Assembly (NCBI GenBank): GCA_013239625.1
Contig: MU054001.1
Coordinates: 62,001 to 126,000, forward strand
Direction of reading: 5' to 3'
Origin: Lama guanicoe
Taxonomy: Eukaryota
DNA length: 64,000 bases
Part shown: positions 13,285-26,650 of the stretch, piece by piece
Layout: every line of letters begins with the position of its first letter
Numbering within the stretch: the first letter of the stretch is position 1
The notes under the pieces: generated by a model
Database searches by the model: none
Seen by the model: only the letters and a program-made list of their open reading frames with translations
Told to the model about the DNA's origin: nothing
Position numbers and translations under genes: made by a program

Positions 13285-14545
13285 AGTACCAAGATCTCTT
13301 TTACTCTCAGCCATTGCTGTCTCCAAGCTGATGGCCAAAGGATGACCTCAATGACAAAGCAATTGAAAGGTTGCCATGAATGACCCAAGACTAACAGTGC
13401 CGTTCAGCCGACTATGGTCCACCCCCAGAGGTCCATGAAGGGGCAGATGTGGGTGGTCTCTGTAGTGTTTCCTAATCTCATTTAATCTGTATGATGCTAC
13501 TCTGGCCAGGATGTCCACATGTGCCCTGTGCTAGGTGACACACCAGCCTATCTGGGCAGTACATGGTTGGGTTCTAAAGCTCAGGACCCTGAGGGTTGTC
13601 ATTTACTTTTTCTTTCCTAAAGAAGAGTAAATATTATGAGTTGCCCCAGACAGAGGCTGAAAGCTTTCTGGTAGCTTCTTCTGATCAGGCTCAGATTGGG
13701 GACCTTGGACCTCTGGTGGTGTCTGAACTGGAGGATGATCTTATGTGACACAGCCTCAGAGCAAATGTATTCAGTTCAGATGATATAATGATATTTGGAT
13801 TTTTTTCCCCTAGTACACTAGTTATAAAGAAAAATTAAAAATTGATTCCTACTAGAATGGATTTATTAGCAGATGTTGGGGATAAGCAGGAAGCCACAAC
13901 TTAACTTTCCTTTATAATTCAAGGGGAAAAAAATGACTGATCTGATTCAAGCTTTAGAAAATAAGCTTGATTTTTTTTTTCCAGTTTAGAGTTCTGGTTC
14001 ACATCATTGGACAAGACTGAAAAGCATGCTTGTTCTGAGGAAGGCAGTTTATAGTCATCAGAAGTTGTCAACAGGACGTTGGTACCCAGCACATAGTAAG
14101 CGCTCCATACACCTCCACTTCTTCCACCCCCATCCCCCATCCCTAGCATGTGACTGCACCTGGGACAAATCGAAGAGCATCCCTACCTTCTACTCCTCAG
14201 CTGCTGTGTGGAGGTGGTTGGGAGAATGAGCACCCATCTCTCCCATTCTCCCTGGTCCTACCTCTGCCTCTCTCTATACCTCTGCAAAATGGATTGCCCA
14301 GGACAATCTAGGCAAGTTCACTGCTGAGCTCCGAGATCCTTTGGGGGAAGAAATATTAGATTATATCCACCTGAGTCTCCAGATTTCCCAAAGCTCAGAC
14401 AGTAATGTCAGCTTTTAAGGAAACACTTTACATTTGCCAGGATGTTACAGTTTGCAGGGTTTTCTCTCACTCTCACTCTCTCGGTCTCTCTGTCTTTGTC
14501 TTTCTCTATTTCTGTTTCTCTCTCGCATGCCCATTCATGCTCTCT

Positions 14546-14588
14546 CTCACACGCACACTCACACACACTCACACACACACACACACAT
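14546..14588. repeat. Imperfect (CA)n microsatellite after a CT-rich tract
   Basis: tcacacgcacactcacacacactcacacacacacacacaca. Confidence 0.85.
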
Positions 14589-16949
14589 TTGGTCTGAACT
14601 GGCCCAAAATCTCAGTGGCAGGATGTAAAGGAAGTAATATCTCAACTTTACTGATGAGGAAACTGAGTCCCAGGGAGGGTGAGGGATGTGACAATAAGTC
14701 AGAGGATGAACAGAGGGATCGGAACCGAAGTTTCCTTACCCAGGCGCTCTTTCCCCTACATTACGGGGATGCTTAGAGCTGAGGCGAAAGTGGAAGTGGG
14801 GTGAGGTGCACTGAGGCAAAAGTGGAGAGTGGGATGGGGAAGCCTTGAGCTCTAGGATGGGACCCTCCTGATTCTTTCCAGGCGGCCGCCTTCTGCAGTC
14901 TCTTCAGCAATGTGCAGAAGTCCCCACATCCCCCGTCCTGCTCAAATTTGCCCCAAGCCTGATCAAGGACAATAAACAGGGAATAAACAAGGCTTTTCCT
15001 CCCACCCCAGATCACTCAGTCTCCCCCTCCGTGCTGACCCCACCCCGGGGTCGATGCCTTATTGCTATCGGTGCACTGGGGCTGGGTGACCTCTGTAAGC
15101 ACTCGTCTGTAAACTGCACAGACCATGGTTGAGGAAGTATGGGCCTCTGACGTGGCTCAAGGGCTGCCATGTGAGGGATCAGAACGAAGGGGGCCTCCAT
15201 TCAAGGTCATATGACCACTTCTACCCTCAGGTGTGACTTCACGAGGGTCCTAAGCCCTCTCCCACCATGTCTTATCAGCTTTCTCCAAAGGCCTTGCATG
15301 GTAGACAAAGCCATGATGATGATTTCCTTTTAGAGAGGCAGGAACGGTGGCTCGGAGAGATGGAAGCGGCTCTGTGGGGGGGTGTAGGGTCAGAGCTAAC
15401 AGATGAGAGCGGGGACTCGGAACATCAGGCCAGCTCTGCCCCCAGAACTGTGGAAACTGTCTGCCCCCAGAGCCGGACCCGCAGTGACTTGGCTTCACGG
15501 GCTCTCAGCTTCCTCATTTGTAAAAGAGGCCAATTGCTTCTTTGGAGACACTACAACGGTCCAAAGAGGTAACTACTTTTTGATTTGCCTTGAGAATCAT
15601 TAAAAAAAAGAAAACATTTTTGGCTCCATCATACAAATGCCCTACTGAGTCAATGAATGAATGGAGATAAAACTGAGATATACATGTGACTGTTATGAGT
15701 AAGTTCAAGGCAGAAAACAAAGTCATTTCCCAAAGACGTCCTCTGAAGGCCAGAGAGCTGCAGAACGTACCACGGGACCAACGATCTGGTTCTTTCACTT
15801 CTGAGCCATTTATGGTTCATGTCTGAATGTTCCCTCAACCATCCAGCATTTGCCAAACTAGTTAGTCATGCCCATGACGCAGGCAGTGCAGGGTGATGAT
15901 GGGGAAAGGGGTGGTTTTGGCAGATTTAAAGGCAGCTTACCCGCAGGTTGGGTTTCTGTTGAAACACAATTTAAACAAAGAGCCAAACTGACACTGGAGG
16001 AAGTAACAGTGCTTCTCTTTCAGGATTTATCTCTTTTGTTTCTTTGCCAAGAAACTCTGAAGTAGAGAGTACTCACTTACCAATTTGTCCAGAAATATCA
16101 TGGCAGAGTTGAGGGGGTAACGCAAGGTCTACACACGTGGCAGGATTTGGATGGAGAGGCCGGATACATTGAGATCAGGCTGGGGGACTACTGAACCAAC
16201 GCTGGGTTTTACTGCACATTGAATCTATTTTCTGAGAAAACACCTGTGTTCAAATTAAATCTGCTGGATCAGAAATCCCTGTTTGCTCCCTAAACTTTCC
16301 CGTTCATTTTATTTGACAAATCCTTTGTTCTCCAGCCTATGAGTCTGAAAGGAAAGTCACTCTGAATGGAGTGAAGGTGATTTCAGTAGCCCCGTTAACA
16401 CAGTTCACAAAGCCCGTGTTTACCTTTCAAGAGAAATTACTTTTTCTTAACAATTGGGCAAAGTGCTGAGATTTTGCTTCGATGATCTCAATTTGTGGCA
16501 TCTTCTAGTTTAATATACTATAAACAGGTGATTGAATCCAAGAAATCTGAAACAATCTGCACGTTTATCTTGTGAATGTTTTTCACTGAAGAAAACTTGG
16601 TGTATGTGTGTGCAAAATAAGTTTAGGGGAAACATCTGGCATTTCTGCTATAGAGAAGTGAATTACAATTCAGTAATGCTAACCCAAACCACCATTCTGG
16701 AAGGGATTCTATCCTTCCTCCAATTCCAGCTCCCCAAGTTATCACTCACCTGAACAGAGGAATTTAATATTGAATACAAATTTCACTGGAAATGCATCTT
16801 TTAATAAAATGGAAGGATTTCAAATGAGTTTGTGTATCTGCTCACGCTTATTGCTAAAAGAATTAATCCTTTGTCATCAGTACTACACCCATTTTTGTTT
16901 TTATAGATGTTAGTTTAGCCCTGAAAAAAATTATTTACATATAAGAGGT

Positions 16950-17700
16950 AATAATCAACATTTTTGTACAGGCCTTTGTGGGAACATAAGCTTGATATCT
17001 CTGGGATAAATGCCCAGAAGTGCAGTTGCTGGGTCATAGAATGTAGCATCTTTCTTCTTTCAAGAAACAATCAAACTATTCTCCCCAACAGTGGTACCAT
17101 TTTACATCTCACATGGGCAATGTATGACCGATCAAGTTTCCCCATGTCCTTGCCAGTAGGTGCTGCTGTCAGTTTCTTTTTTTTTTTTTTATTCTGACAG
17201 GTGTGCAATGAGTAGCTCATTGTGATTTTAATTTGCATTTCCCTAATGACTAACAATGTTGAACATCTTTCCATGTGCTTGTTTACCAACTGTATATCCT
17301 CTGTCATGAAATGTTCGGTCATGTCTTTTGCCCATATTCTAACTGGATCGTTTTATTTTGCTTTTACTGTTGGGTGTTGAGAGTTCTTTATAAACTCTAA
17401 ATATGTCTTTGTTAGATATGTGATTTGCACATATTTCCTCCCAACGTGTAGCTTGTGTTTTCGTTTTCTTAATAGGGTCTTTCACAGAGAAAAAGAGTTT
17501 AATTTTGATGACCTCCAATTGATCAGTTTTTGCTTTATGAAATTATGCTTTTGGTGTCAACCCTAAAAGCTCTTTACCTACCTACAGGGCCTAAAGATTT
17601 TCTCATACATTTTTCTCTGAAAGTTTTATAGTTATGCACATTACATTTAAATCTGTGATCATTTTGAGTTATTTTTTGTGTACACTGTGAAGTTCATGTG
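16950..17700 (-). mobile_element. L1 ORF2 3' fragment (L1MC/MD-like)
   Basis: HF..EDIQLVNKHMERCSTLLVIREMQIKITM matches the L1 ORF2 C-terminal region. Confidence 0.85.
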
Positions 17701-18055
17701 ATGGTCAGCAAGTAAATTAACTACCTGGCAGAACAAGACTCAACACTCTATTAAGGATAGTAGCCAATAAAGTGGCACCCCCAACATATGGGAAATATTA
17801 CAAAGTTATTTGTATAAATGATTTATACACATTTGCGTACAAAATAATTTGGATAAAGACATGTGAGAAGAAAAATATGATCCATTATAAACAGACCCAG
17901 CGATGACAGAGGTGATGAAACAGGAAACATGCACATTAAAACTACTAGTATAAATATATTCCAGAACGTTCAGGAATCTGTGAACATAATGAGGAAATAA
18001 GGATTTCCTTTTAGTCAAACAGGAACTAAGAAATGAACCAAACAAAAATTCTCGG

Positions 18056-18190
18056 GTGGAGAGAGGGTGTAGCTCAAGTGGCAGAGCCCATGCTTAGCAT
18101 GCATGAGGTCCTAGTTCAATCCCCAGTACCTCCTCCAAATATAAATGAATAAACCCAATTACCTCCCCCTCATGAAAAGAAGGAAAAGGT
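18056..18190 (+). mobile_element. tRNA-Ala-derived SINE (camelid vic-1 type)
   Basis: gtagctcaagtggcagag (A box), tgcttagcatgca (AGC anticodon arm), gttcaatcccc (B box), A-rich linker and aattacctcccc tail; inserted in an L1. Confidence 0.85.
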
Positions 18191-19106
18191 TTTTAAAAAA
18201 ATTTTAAAATTTTCAAAGCAGAAGCTGCAGTATCTGAAACAAAACACTTTCATTGTGTGGTTTAGACACTGAAAGAGACAATCAGGAACTTGAAGAGCAA
18301 CAGGAACGATCAAAACTGAAGGACACTGAGAAAGAAAGAGCGGAAAAAACAGAAAAAATCCCACTGCTTGAGGTCCCGCTCAGTGGCCAGTGGGGTAACC
18401 CAAGCAGTTTAACTAACACAGGTGTAATTAGAGGAGAGAAAAGAGAAATGTGAGGGGCAGAAACAGTATTTAAAAAATAATATACAAAAAATTTCCAAAT
18501 TTGATGAAAACTCTAGACCTACAAATCCAAGAAGTTCAATAAACTCCAAGAGGATAAACACCAAGGCAAGTCATAACAAAATTTCTCAAAATTAGTAGTA
18601 AAGAAAAATGTTAAAAGTAGCCCAATGATAAAAAAAGTACATTATATCCAAGAGAGCTATGAAAAGAAATATTTCTAACTTCTTATCAGAGACAAGAAAA
18701 GGAAGAAGACAATGGAATCTTTAAAGTACTGGAAGATAAAAAAAAATAGTTAACCTAGAATTCTGTATCCAACAAAATTATTCTTTAAAAATAAAGGCAA
18801 AATAAAGACATATTTAGATTTAAAAAAAAAAGCTGAGAGAATTTACTGTCATGAGATGTGCACTATAGGAATTGTGTAAGGACATTCTTCAGGCTAAGGA
18901 AAAACGATGGAAAGATGGAATTACACAGAGAAATTAAGGGTGCAGGAGACAATAAATATGTAGATAAACAGACCTTTTTTCCCTCAAATTTTTACCTGAC
19001 TATTTAGAACAAAAATGATGAAAGTGTCTTGTGAGGTTTAAAACACATAGAAAATATATTATAATAGCATAGGCAATGGGATGGGGTAAATTCAAAGTAT
19101 ATCATT

Positions 19107-19430
19107 GTGTTAATCCCAAACTCCTAATCTATACCTCCAACCCCTCCCTCTCCCCGCTTTCCTCTCTGGTGACAACAATTTGGGATTAACAGATACACAC
19201 TACTATATATAATATAGATAAACAACAAGGACGTACTATAGAGCACAGGGAACTACATTCAATTTCTTGTAATGAGCTGCAATGGAAAAGAAACTGGAAA
19301 CAAAATATGTATGTAAGTATATGTATAACTGAATTGCCTTGCTGTACACCTGAAACTAACATTGTAAGTCAACTACACTTCCATAAAAAATAAGAATTAA
19401 AAAAAGAAAAACCCAAAACATACAAAAAAT
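19107..19430 (+). mobile_element. Younger L1 3' end with 5' inversion
   Basis: TSD agtatatcatt (19096-19106 / 19431-19441); the first ~70 nt are reverse-complement L1 3' UTR; A-rich tail. Confidence 0.8.
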
Positions 19431-22400
19431 AGTATATCATTATAAGGTTCCTATAAGTGAAAAAAGTATACTACTTTTTGAAAGTAAACTATATTAAGTT
19501 AAAGATAAATATTGTATGCTCTGGAGCATCCATTAAAAATAAATATGTATAGCTAACAAGCCGAAAGAAACTATACAATGATAAAATATGAAAAAAAATT
19601 TGATTAATCCAAAAAAAAAAAAAGTCAGGAAAAGAGGAGAAAAGCTCAAAGATCAAAGGTCAGGCAGGATAAAAAAGACCCAAATGGACCACAAAACACT
19701 CATTTAAGAGATGCACAGTAAATGTAAAGACACAGATAGGTTAAAAGTAAAAGGATGAAAAAAAGGATGGAAAACACTGATCGTAAGAAGCTTGGTGTGG
19801 TTGGAGTGGCTACTTTAATAAACCAACAAAGCATATTTTACTGAAATTAAAGCAGAGTATTTATTATGTTAAAAGGGTCAGATCATCAAGATGACGTAGT
19901 GATCAAAAATGACTATGAGCCTAACGGCAGAACTTCAAGCAAACTGACAGTTGATAAAACCACAATTATAGTTGGTGATTTCAACATCCCTCTTTCAATA
20001 ATTAATAGAACAAGTAGACAAAAAAAATTAGTAAGAATATAGAGGACTTACACAGCACTGCCAGCTCACTGGATCTAACTTACATTTATAGAACATTACA
20101 CTCAACAGCTGCAGAATACACATTCTTTTCAAGTATACATTGGACATTCACCAGGACATACCACAGGCTGAGCCTTGAGTCTCAAAACACTTAGAATAGA
20201 AATTTTCAAAAAGTTATCAGAGGAGGATTTTTTTCCCCCAACCTAGAACCCAGGCCAGGGCAGAAAAATTTCCTCCTAGTCTTCCTCTACCAGATGAATT
20301 TGCCCAGTTCTTTCTTTTACTGAGAGTGTAGCCCTTCAAAATGTTTTCTTTATTTCCTGAGATCTCAGTTCCAATCCCCCACATCATATAAAAACCTTGT
20401 CTTCTGTCTCCCACAGCCACAAAATTCCAGTCTCTCTGTTACTGAGACTGACAAATGTTCGCAGGTCAACTAGAACATTTATGCCTTAATGCAGTGCTGG
20501 GTGCCAGCTCCCTTTTCATTCTTGGCCTTGGAGGATTTCCCTCAGTAGCATGCAAGCTCAGCTACGCATTTCAAATATGTTTGTGACATTTTGTTCAACA
20601 TTCCAGGGGTTTTGTGGCCAGAGGGTTCTCAGATGATCTAGTTTCCATATTTCTGGAACCTGAGGCCTGTCACATCATTTTTTCACTTATTTAATGGGTT
20701 CAAGTTTCTTGGCCTAATCAAAAATCCCCTCATTTCAAGCCAGGCAGCCTTGGGTTTGAATTCCAGGCCTTGTACCCACCAGTTATGTAACTCTAAGCCT
20801 TATTTTCTTTATGAGTTTCAGGGGTCATGATCCTAGGTTTTCAAGTTTGCTGTAAAAATGACCTCTCTTCTAATACCATGGCAAGGTACAAGTCAAAAAT
20901 AATGTTATCATTATTCATTTTTCAAATGTTGAGTGTTTACTACGTGTCACGTATTCCTTCCTAAGTAGGAGGAATAACAGACAATAAACAGATGAACATT
21001 ATATATATAAATTTTTATATATAATTATAAAATAAATATATATTTCTTATGTATATAACAACTACAGAAATCCCAGAAGTTTAAGTGCAATAATAAAATG
21101 GGTAATGGGGTTGAGAATGTCTGTAGAGACAGTGAGTTTTTTTTAGGTTGATGTGGGTTTCCTATTTGATGATGTGACATTTGATTTAAAATCTGAATGA
21201 AGAATAAAAAATTTAGATGGATGTGATGGTTGAACAATTCTGTGAATATGCTTAAAAAAATGCTGAAGTGTACACCTTACATGGGGGAACTGTATGGTGT
21301 GTCAGTCATACCTTGATGAAACTGTTTGTTTTTAAGACTGAAGGAAGAAGAGAAAGCAAGGCGAAAGTCTTTGGGAAAGAGCATTCCAGCCAGAGGGAAC
21401 AGCAGTACGGTGACCCTGAGGCTGGAAGGGGCTTTTATCCATTGGAGGAAACGAAGGATTGGGTGGTGGGAGTTTAGTGAAGGAGGAGATTGGAGACGGT
21501 GAACTACATTGTGGTAGGGGCCAGACCATGCAGAGCCTTGCAGGCCATGTTGAATATTTTGGATTTTCTCCAAATTACAATGGGTGGTAGCCTTTGAAAA
21601 CATTTCACTGGAGAAGTGACATCTGGTTTATGCTTTGAAACAGTCCCTGTGCTTTCTGTATGGCAAGAGGATTTATAGGAGGGCAAGAATCTAAGCAAGG
21701 AGACCAGCAAAGGGATGCTTCACGACAGTTAGAATGAAGGTCCCAGATATTCCAGTTCTGGCTTTGTCCTCAGTCCCTCAAACTCTGCTTTACTGATCAG
21801 ATACTTTAGTCTGAGAGCAGAGGTGTGACTGAAAAGACCACCGCAGCAGAGGGGCCCATAAAAAGTAGAGACTTCACGCTCCACCACTCCCCACAAAGGA
21901 GAAGGGTTACTGCGGCGTCGACATTCACCTCGCCTTTGGTTTGCAGTATCTTGGGCTAGTCCTGCAGGAAGGTTTCAGGGCTTCCAGCTGACCTATCCTG
22001 GGCCACAAGGGAGAGAGTCAGGAGGGCTCACCAATCTTCTCCCCCATGTCATCCACTGCTTGGAACCATTTTGAACCATCTCTTTCTTCCATTTAAGAAC
22101 TAAGTCAAAATTTGATACGAGACCCCACAAGTAGGAAAATACATGGCAGATGCAAAATCTATAAATTTTATACATCAGGCAACTGTGCTGCTTTTTATAA
22201 ATGATTACAAGCCTGGCCTTTGGAATCAGACAAAATTAGGTTTAATTCCAAGCTCTGCCACTCAATGAGTGACTTCGGGAATTGTTCTAAATTTTGTTTA
22301 GTAAAACTAGGGGCAACAATACCTGTGCTTCATTGAGTGTTGAAACATGTTCACACCTATAAAGCACTTAGCACAGTGCCTGATGAATAATAAGGAAATT

Positions 22401-22449
22401 GGTAGTTATTATTATTACTTACTGTAATAATTAGTAAGTCTGTTACTTT

Positions 22450-25400
22450 TACAAAGGGAACAATACTATTAAAAAGATGAAGTCTACTTACCTTTAAAAG
22501 TATTAACCTGTCACCTACTACATGAAATTAAAATTACTTTACTCTATGGAATCAAGTAATTTCAATTTTTTGGTCCTGTAATAAAATTAGCTTAAAATAA
22601 AGTTTAATAATTATAAAATCTTCAGTAAAGTTTTTCATTTTGGAATTCAGAAAGTATTAATAAGCCCCTTAGCAATCTATTCATAATTATGAACTATTAT
22701 GGAGCATGGAAGTTGATTATTTTTAATAGTTCCAAAATGAAACTCAAACTCACAGTTTCAATATTTGAAGAATGATCACACATTATATTACAGCTACATG
22801 AAGGAATAGCAGGTATACTTTGAAAAAAACTGTATTTCCACATAATTGTAATGATACTGGAAAATGTTATATTGTAAGTAGGATTTAAATACCATATACA
22901 CTGTTATCTTGAGAACCTAAGAATATCTAGGAAAAAGGGTAAAATAAAATATGTTAAAAATTAATAGTTGACTTGGGTGGTGAAAGTAAACATGACTTTT
23001 TTGTTTATTCTTTTCCAATGTGCATAGATTCTTTTATAAGAATGATGAGGAAAGGATACAGTTAACATGTTAGAGAAAACAGCAAGCTGGGTCAACACAT
23101 AATGGAGACAATTTGGTAGAACATGCTGGGCCTTACAAAGACACTTGAGAAATTTGTTGCAAGAGAATGATTACCTAGAAACAAGAGTTACATTAAACGG
23201 CATTAATAAAAGGGCAAAAGCTCTTCAGGTTATTGTTCTAAGTAGAAACCAGTTTGTGATACGTATATAGGATGTATGTCAAGAACTTTGTGAGGAACTT
23301 CCCCTCCATCAACTCACAGCATTGACAGAATAATCTGGTATAATAATTTAACCAAAAAACGGAAAAGTTCATCCAAATGAACAGAAAAGAAAAAAAAAAA
23401 GAATTATAAATATGTCTGCTTTTCTAGGGAATGGCTTCTTCCTAGTATCTTTTTATTCTCTTGAGTGACTCCTTTATGGTCAGTGGCCCTCTCAGAGTAT
23501 AAATTAATTACCATCAATTCGCCACCGTGCATTTGTAACAGCCCAGAGAGGAGAGTTCCTGAGCCTGGGAACTGGATATCTGCACTGCTGTGCCTCATGC
23601 AGACAGCAGACCCTGCATCTTCTAAAAGGGGCTCTTTTAAATACGCATTAGAGGTAGCACTACCAGCGGTCACACTCAGCCTTCCAAAACTCTAAAAGCA
23701 GCAGAGGAGAAATAAATATGCACAATACAAGCACTTTGTTCTGTAAGTATTCAGTACATCATTATCCTTCAACAGAACTGTTCTGATTGAAGAGTTTTAT
23801 GGTTTACTGGTCTTAGGATCTAATATTTCTCCTTTTAAAGAGGAACCTCATTTTTTTCAAACTGTTAGGTAAAACCACAATGCAGTTAACTGACTTAATG
23901 AAATTTAATTCCTTACTTTAAATTCTAAGAGGAGAAAAGCCCCTTTGAAGGAAATCCCTGTTTAGATGGCATAAAGGTAGAGGCCTAACTGGTAGTAACA
24001 GTGATGGTCATGACTTACTACATACACCCCACTAGCCAAAAGTCAACTTTAGGAATACTAACTATTGCTGTTTTGGCTAAAATTGGGTCTTTCATTAGAG
24101 TAAAATTATGTCTGACATTTCATAAGACTTAAATGTAAACAAAAATGATTAATCACATTCATAAATATGCAAACTTATATCCAAACCACAATATTAAAAA
24201 GGTATATTACATTTGAGACACGATGGCAAAACCAGAATTTTTAATTGCCAAGAATTTTATGTAGCAAGTTTGTTTATTCAGTTACATGATAAAATAGGAA
24301 TATTACATTGGCAGAGGTGAAATTAAAGAACATAAAATACTATTTTAAAACAGGAAAACAACAGAATCACTTTCCAGAGCCTCACAGAAAGATTTTCATT
24401 TAAAATGCTACTTTTTCATGATTCATGGGATTAATATGTGGCTTTCCTATGATAAAAAATCATGGTACCTGAGTATTACATACATTCAGTTGCATGTGAC
24501 AGACAGTATTATAAAGATGTACTTTCGTAATTACTTAAGCAATTGTTCTCAGCTCATTCAATGCTTTGTCTAAACAGCTTTAAGACATGTAAAAAGCAAA
24601 CAAGTATACGCCTGCACTTAAGGATGAAACTTTTTAAGCAAGCATCCAAGACATCAATAAAATGGCACTTGAGGCAATTCTTGCTTAACCTAAAGGCAAA
24701 AATATCAGCGTTAAATTCCTGCCTGGGGGTTAAATTGTGGTCCTGCATTAATAATGTAGCTTTTTGGATTCCTAAGCTTTTGTTGATAATTTGGACCCTT
24801 TTATATTTTCCCTCTAGGTATTTCAGGCAAGCTCTAAAATTTGAGAGAACACTTAATAAAATTAAAACTCCCACTGAGATTGTAAAATATATTAATTATA
24901 ATATTATATAAATAAAGTAAATCTGATTCATTGACTGGGTAAGCGCTACATTCTAAACCACCCAACTCAAATTAAACTAAACTGTGGCGAACAATTCATT
25001 TTCTCATTAGGCAATTAACGTTACCTTCAATAAGGCAATTCCCGCATAGCCTTTGGCCATAGTGTCGTCTTTAAAACAAAATTCTAAATCTGCAGATCAT
25101 GCAAAAGGGTATGATTTCCTTAGCAGGTGGTTAAGGAAATGTACAATAGGGATGCATGCTCGAGAGAATATGAGTTTTTAAGAAGTCTTATCTCCCTTCC
25201 AATCCCCCCCAGAGTCAGTGATCCAAGAAACTGAAATGCAAATGAAAAATAAAATGAATCTGTGAAGTTCAAGGTATAAAATTCTGCAATGTTCCTCAGA
25301 CTCTTTATTCTTATTTCCAGAACGGGAAGGGATTAGTGATAACAGAATATAATTTTCTTTAGAGGAAGGTAGATTAAAAAGGGTTTAAACTTAAAAAATT

Positions 25401-25717
25401 TTTTACAGTGCTGATTAAAGCCTATCAGTAAGTAAAGGAGACCATTTCATTCATTTGGATATGAAAATTAAACTAGAAAATCCATAAAAACGTATTTATC
25501 ACCAGTAAAGCAAAATAGAATGTAAAAGAGAAGGAATATTACTTGATCTATACATGTGAATAAAAGCATTCCAGTAAGAAAAACCTATCATTTTTAATAA
25601 AAAAACTTTCCATTTTAAACATCGTTACGCAACAATCACAAATAAAACACCATCTATAAGTGCCTTTACAATTTCAAGTAAAAACCACTGCATTTTGCTT
25701 GTTAGGAATATTTGCTT
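22450..25717 (-). other. LPCAT2: Probable long AT-rich 3' UTR of LPCAT2 (distal end uncertain)
   Basis: Follows the stop codon; AT-rich and largely free of recognisable repeats. Minus-strand AATAAA at 25304-25309, 24273-24278, 23452-23457 and 23004-23009. Confidence 0.55.
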
Positions 25718-25899
25718 TCAGTCGTCTTTTTTGTCTGAGGTACTCTCTTCGTGACTTTCAGGACTGACTTTATTACTTGCAACCGAGGGAGATGCTTGGA
25801 TGTCTTTTGGTGAAAACACATGGCTCGTCTGGAGGTCTAAGTAGGTTGTAAATATCTTAGCATATTCTGGATGCTTTAGGGCAAAACTTTTAAAGTCCT
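25718..25899 (-). CDS. LPCAT2: LPCAT2 terminal coding exon 14 (coding part including TGA)
   Basis: ttttag|AG+DFKSFALKHPEYAKIFTTYLDLQTSHVFSPKDIQASPSVASNKVSPESHEESTSDKKDD-TGA; ends in a KKXX ER-retrieval motif. Confidence 0.96.
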
Positions 25900-26019
25900 C
25901 TAAAAGAGGAGAAAAAAAAATCCAATAAATTGAGGTGAATCTTCCTTTGGTGTGATGCAGATTAACATATGATCTTAATAATACTATTATTGCAAAATTC
26001 TTTTACTCAATCCTCATAA

Positions 26020-26650
26020 ATTGTACAGCTGCTTTGGAAGATAGTTTTTTCCATTACTTCATCAAGCTGAAGGCATGCATACTCTATTCCAAGGTAGGGA
26101 AATTTGTGCATATGTGTATGAGCATGTTCAGAGCAACATCATTCATAATAGGTAAGAAATGAGAGCAATTCAAATGACAGTCAACAGTTGAAATGGATAA
26201 ATAAATCATGGCATATTCACGGAACATAACGCTATAGGGCAATGAAAATGAATGAACAGCTGTGTTGTAAGCATGTGGATGAATCTTAAAACCATAATGT
26301 TGAATGAAAAAAGCCAGACACAAAAGAACATGTTGTATGAGTCCAGTATGTAAAGTTCGAAAACTTAGGCAAAACTAAAATACATTTAAAGATGTGTGCT
26401 TCTGACGTGACGTCTTTAAAGCAAGGTAGAGATTCCTTTTTAAGTCAGCATTTCCCTCCTTTAAGACAGAGGAAGGGGTTGTAGATGGGAAGGGGCACAT
26501 GGAAGTTTCTCAAGTTCTTGAAAAGCTCTATTTCTTGACCTGGGTGGTAGGTGCACAAGTGTTCACTTTGTAAAACTTTATTATGCTCTATGTTTATGTT
26601 TTGTTCATTTTTAATGTATTTTTGTTATTTTTTATAAGAAAAAAATGTTT
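26020..26650 (+). mobile_element. Old L1 3' end (L1ME-like)
   Basis: atggataaataaatcatggcatattcac...atgaatcttaaaaccataatgttgaatgaaaaaagccagacacaaaaga...tatttcttgacctgggtggt. Confidence 0.7.

Larger units (their letters stand above)
17701..20215 (+). mobile_element. Degraded old L1 ORF1 to ORF2-endonuclease region, with nested SINE and young L1
   Basis: A-rich; aacctagaattctgtatccaacaaaatta (ORF1 3') and acaattatagttggtgatttcaacatccc...gcagaatacacattcttttcaag (IIVGDFN, EYTFFS endonuclease motifs). Confidence 0.8.

Noticed and set aside
24543..24911. Overlapping 122-aa and 106-aa ORFs on opposite strands
   Set aside because: Within the AT-rich LPCAT2 3' UTR, with no domain or splice support.
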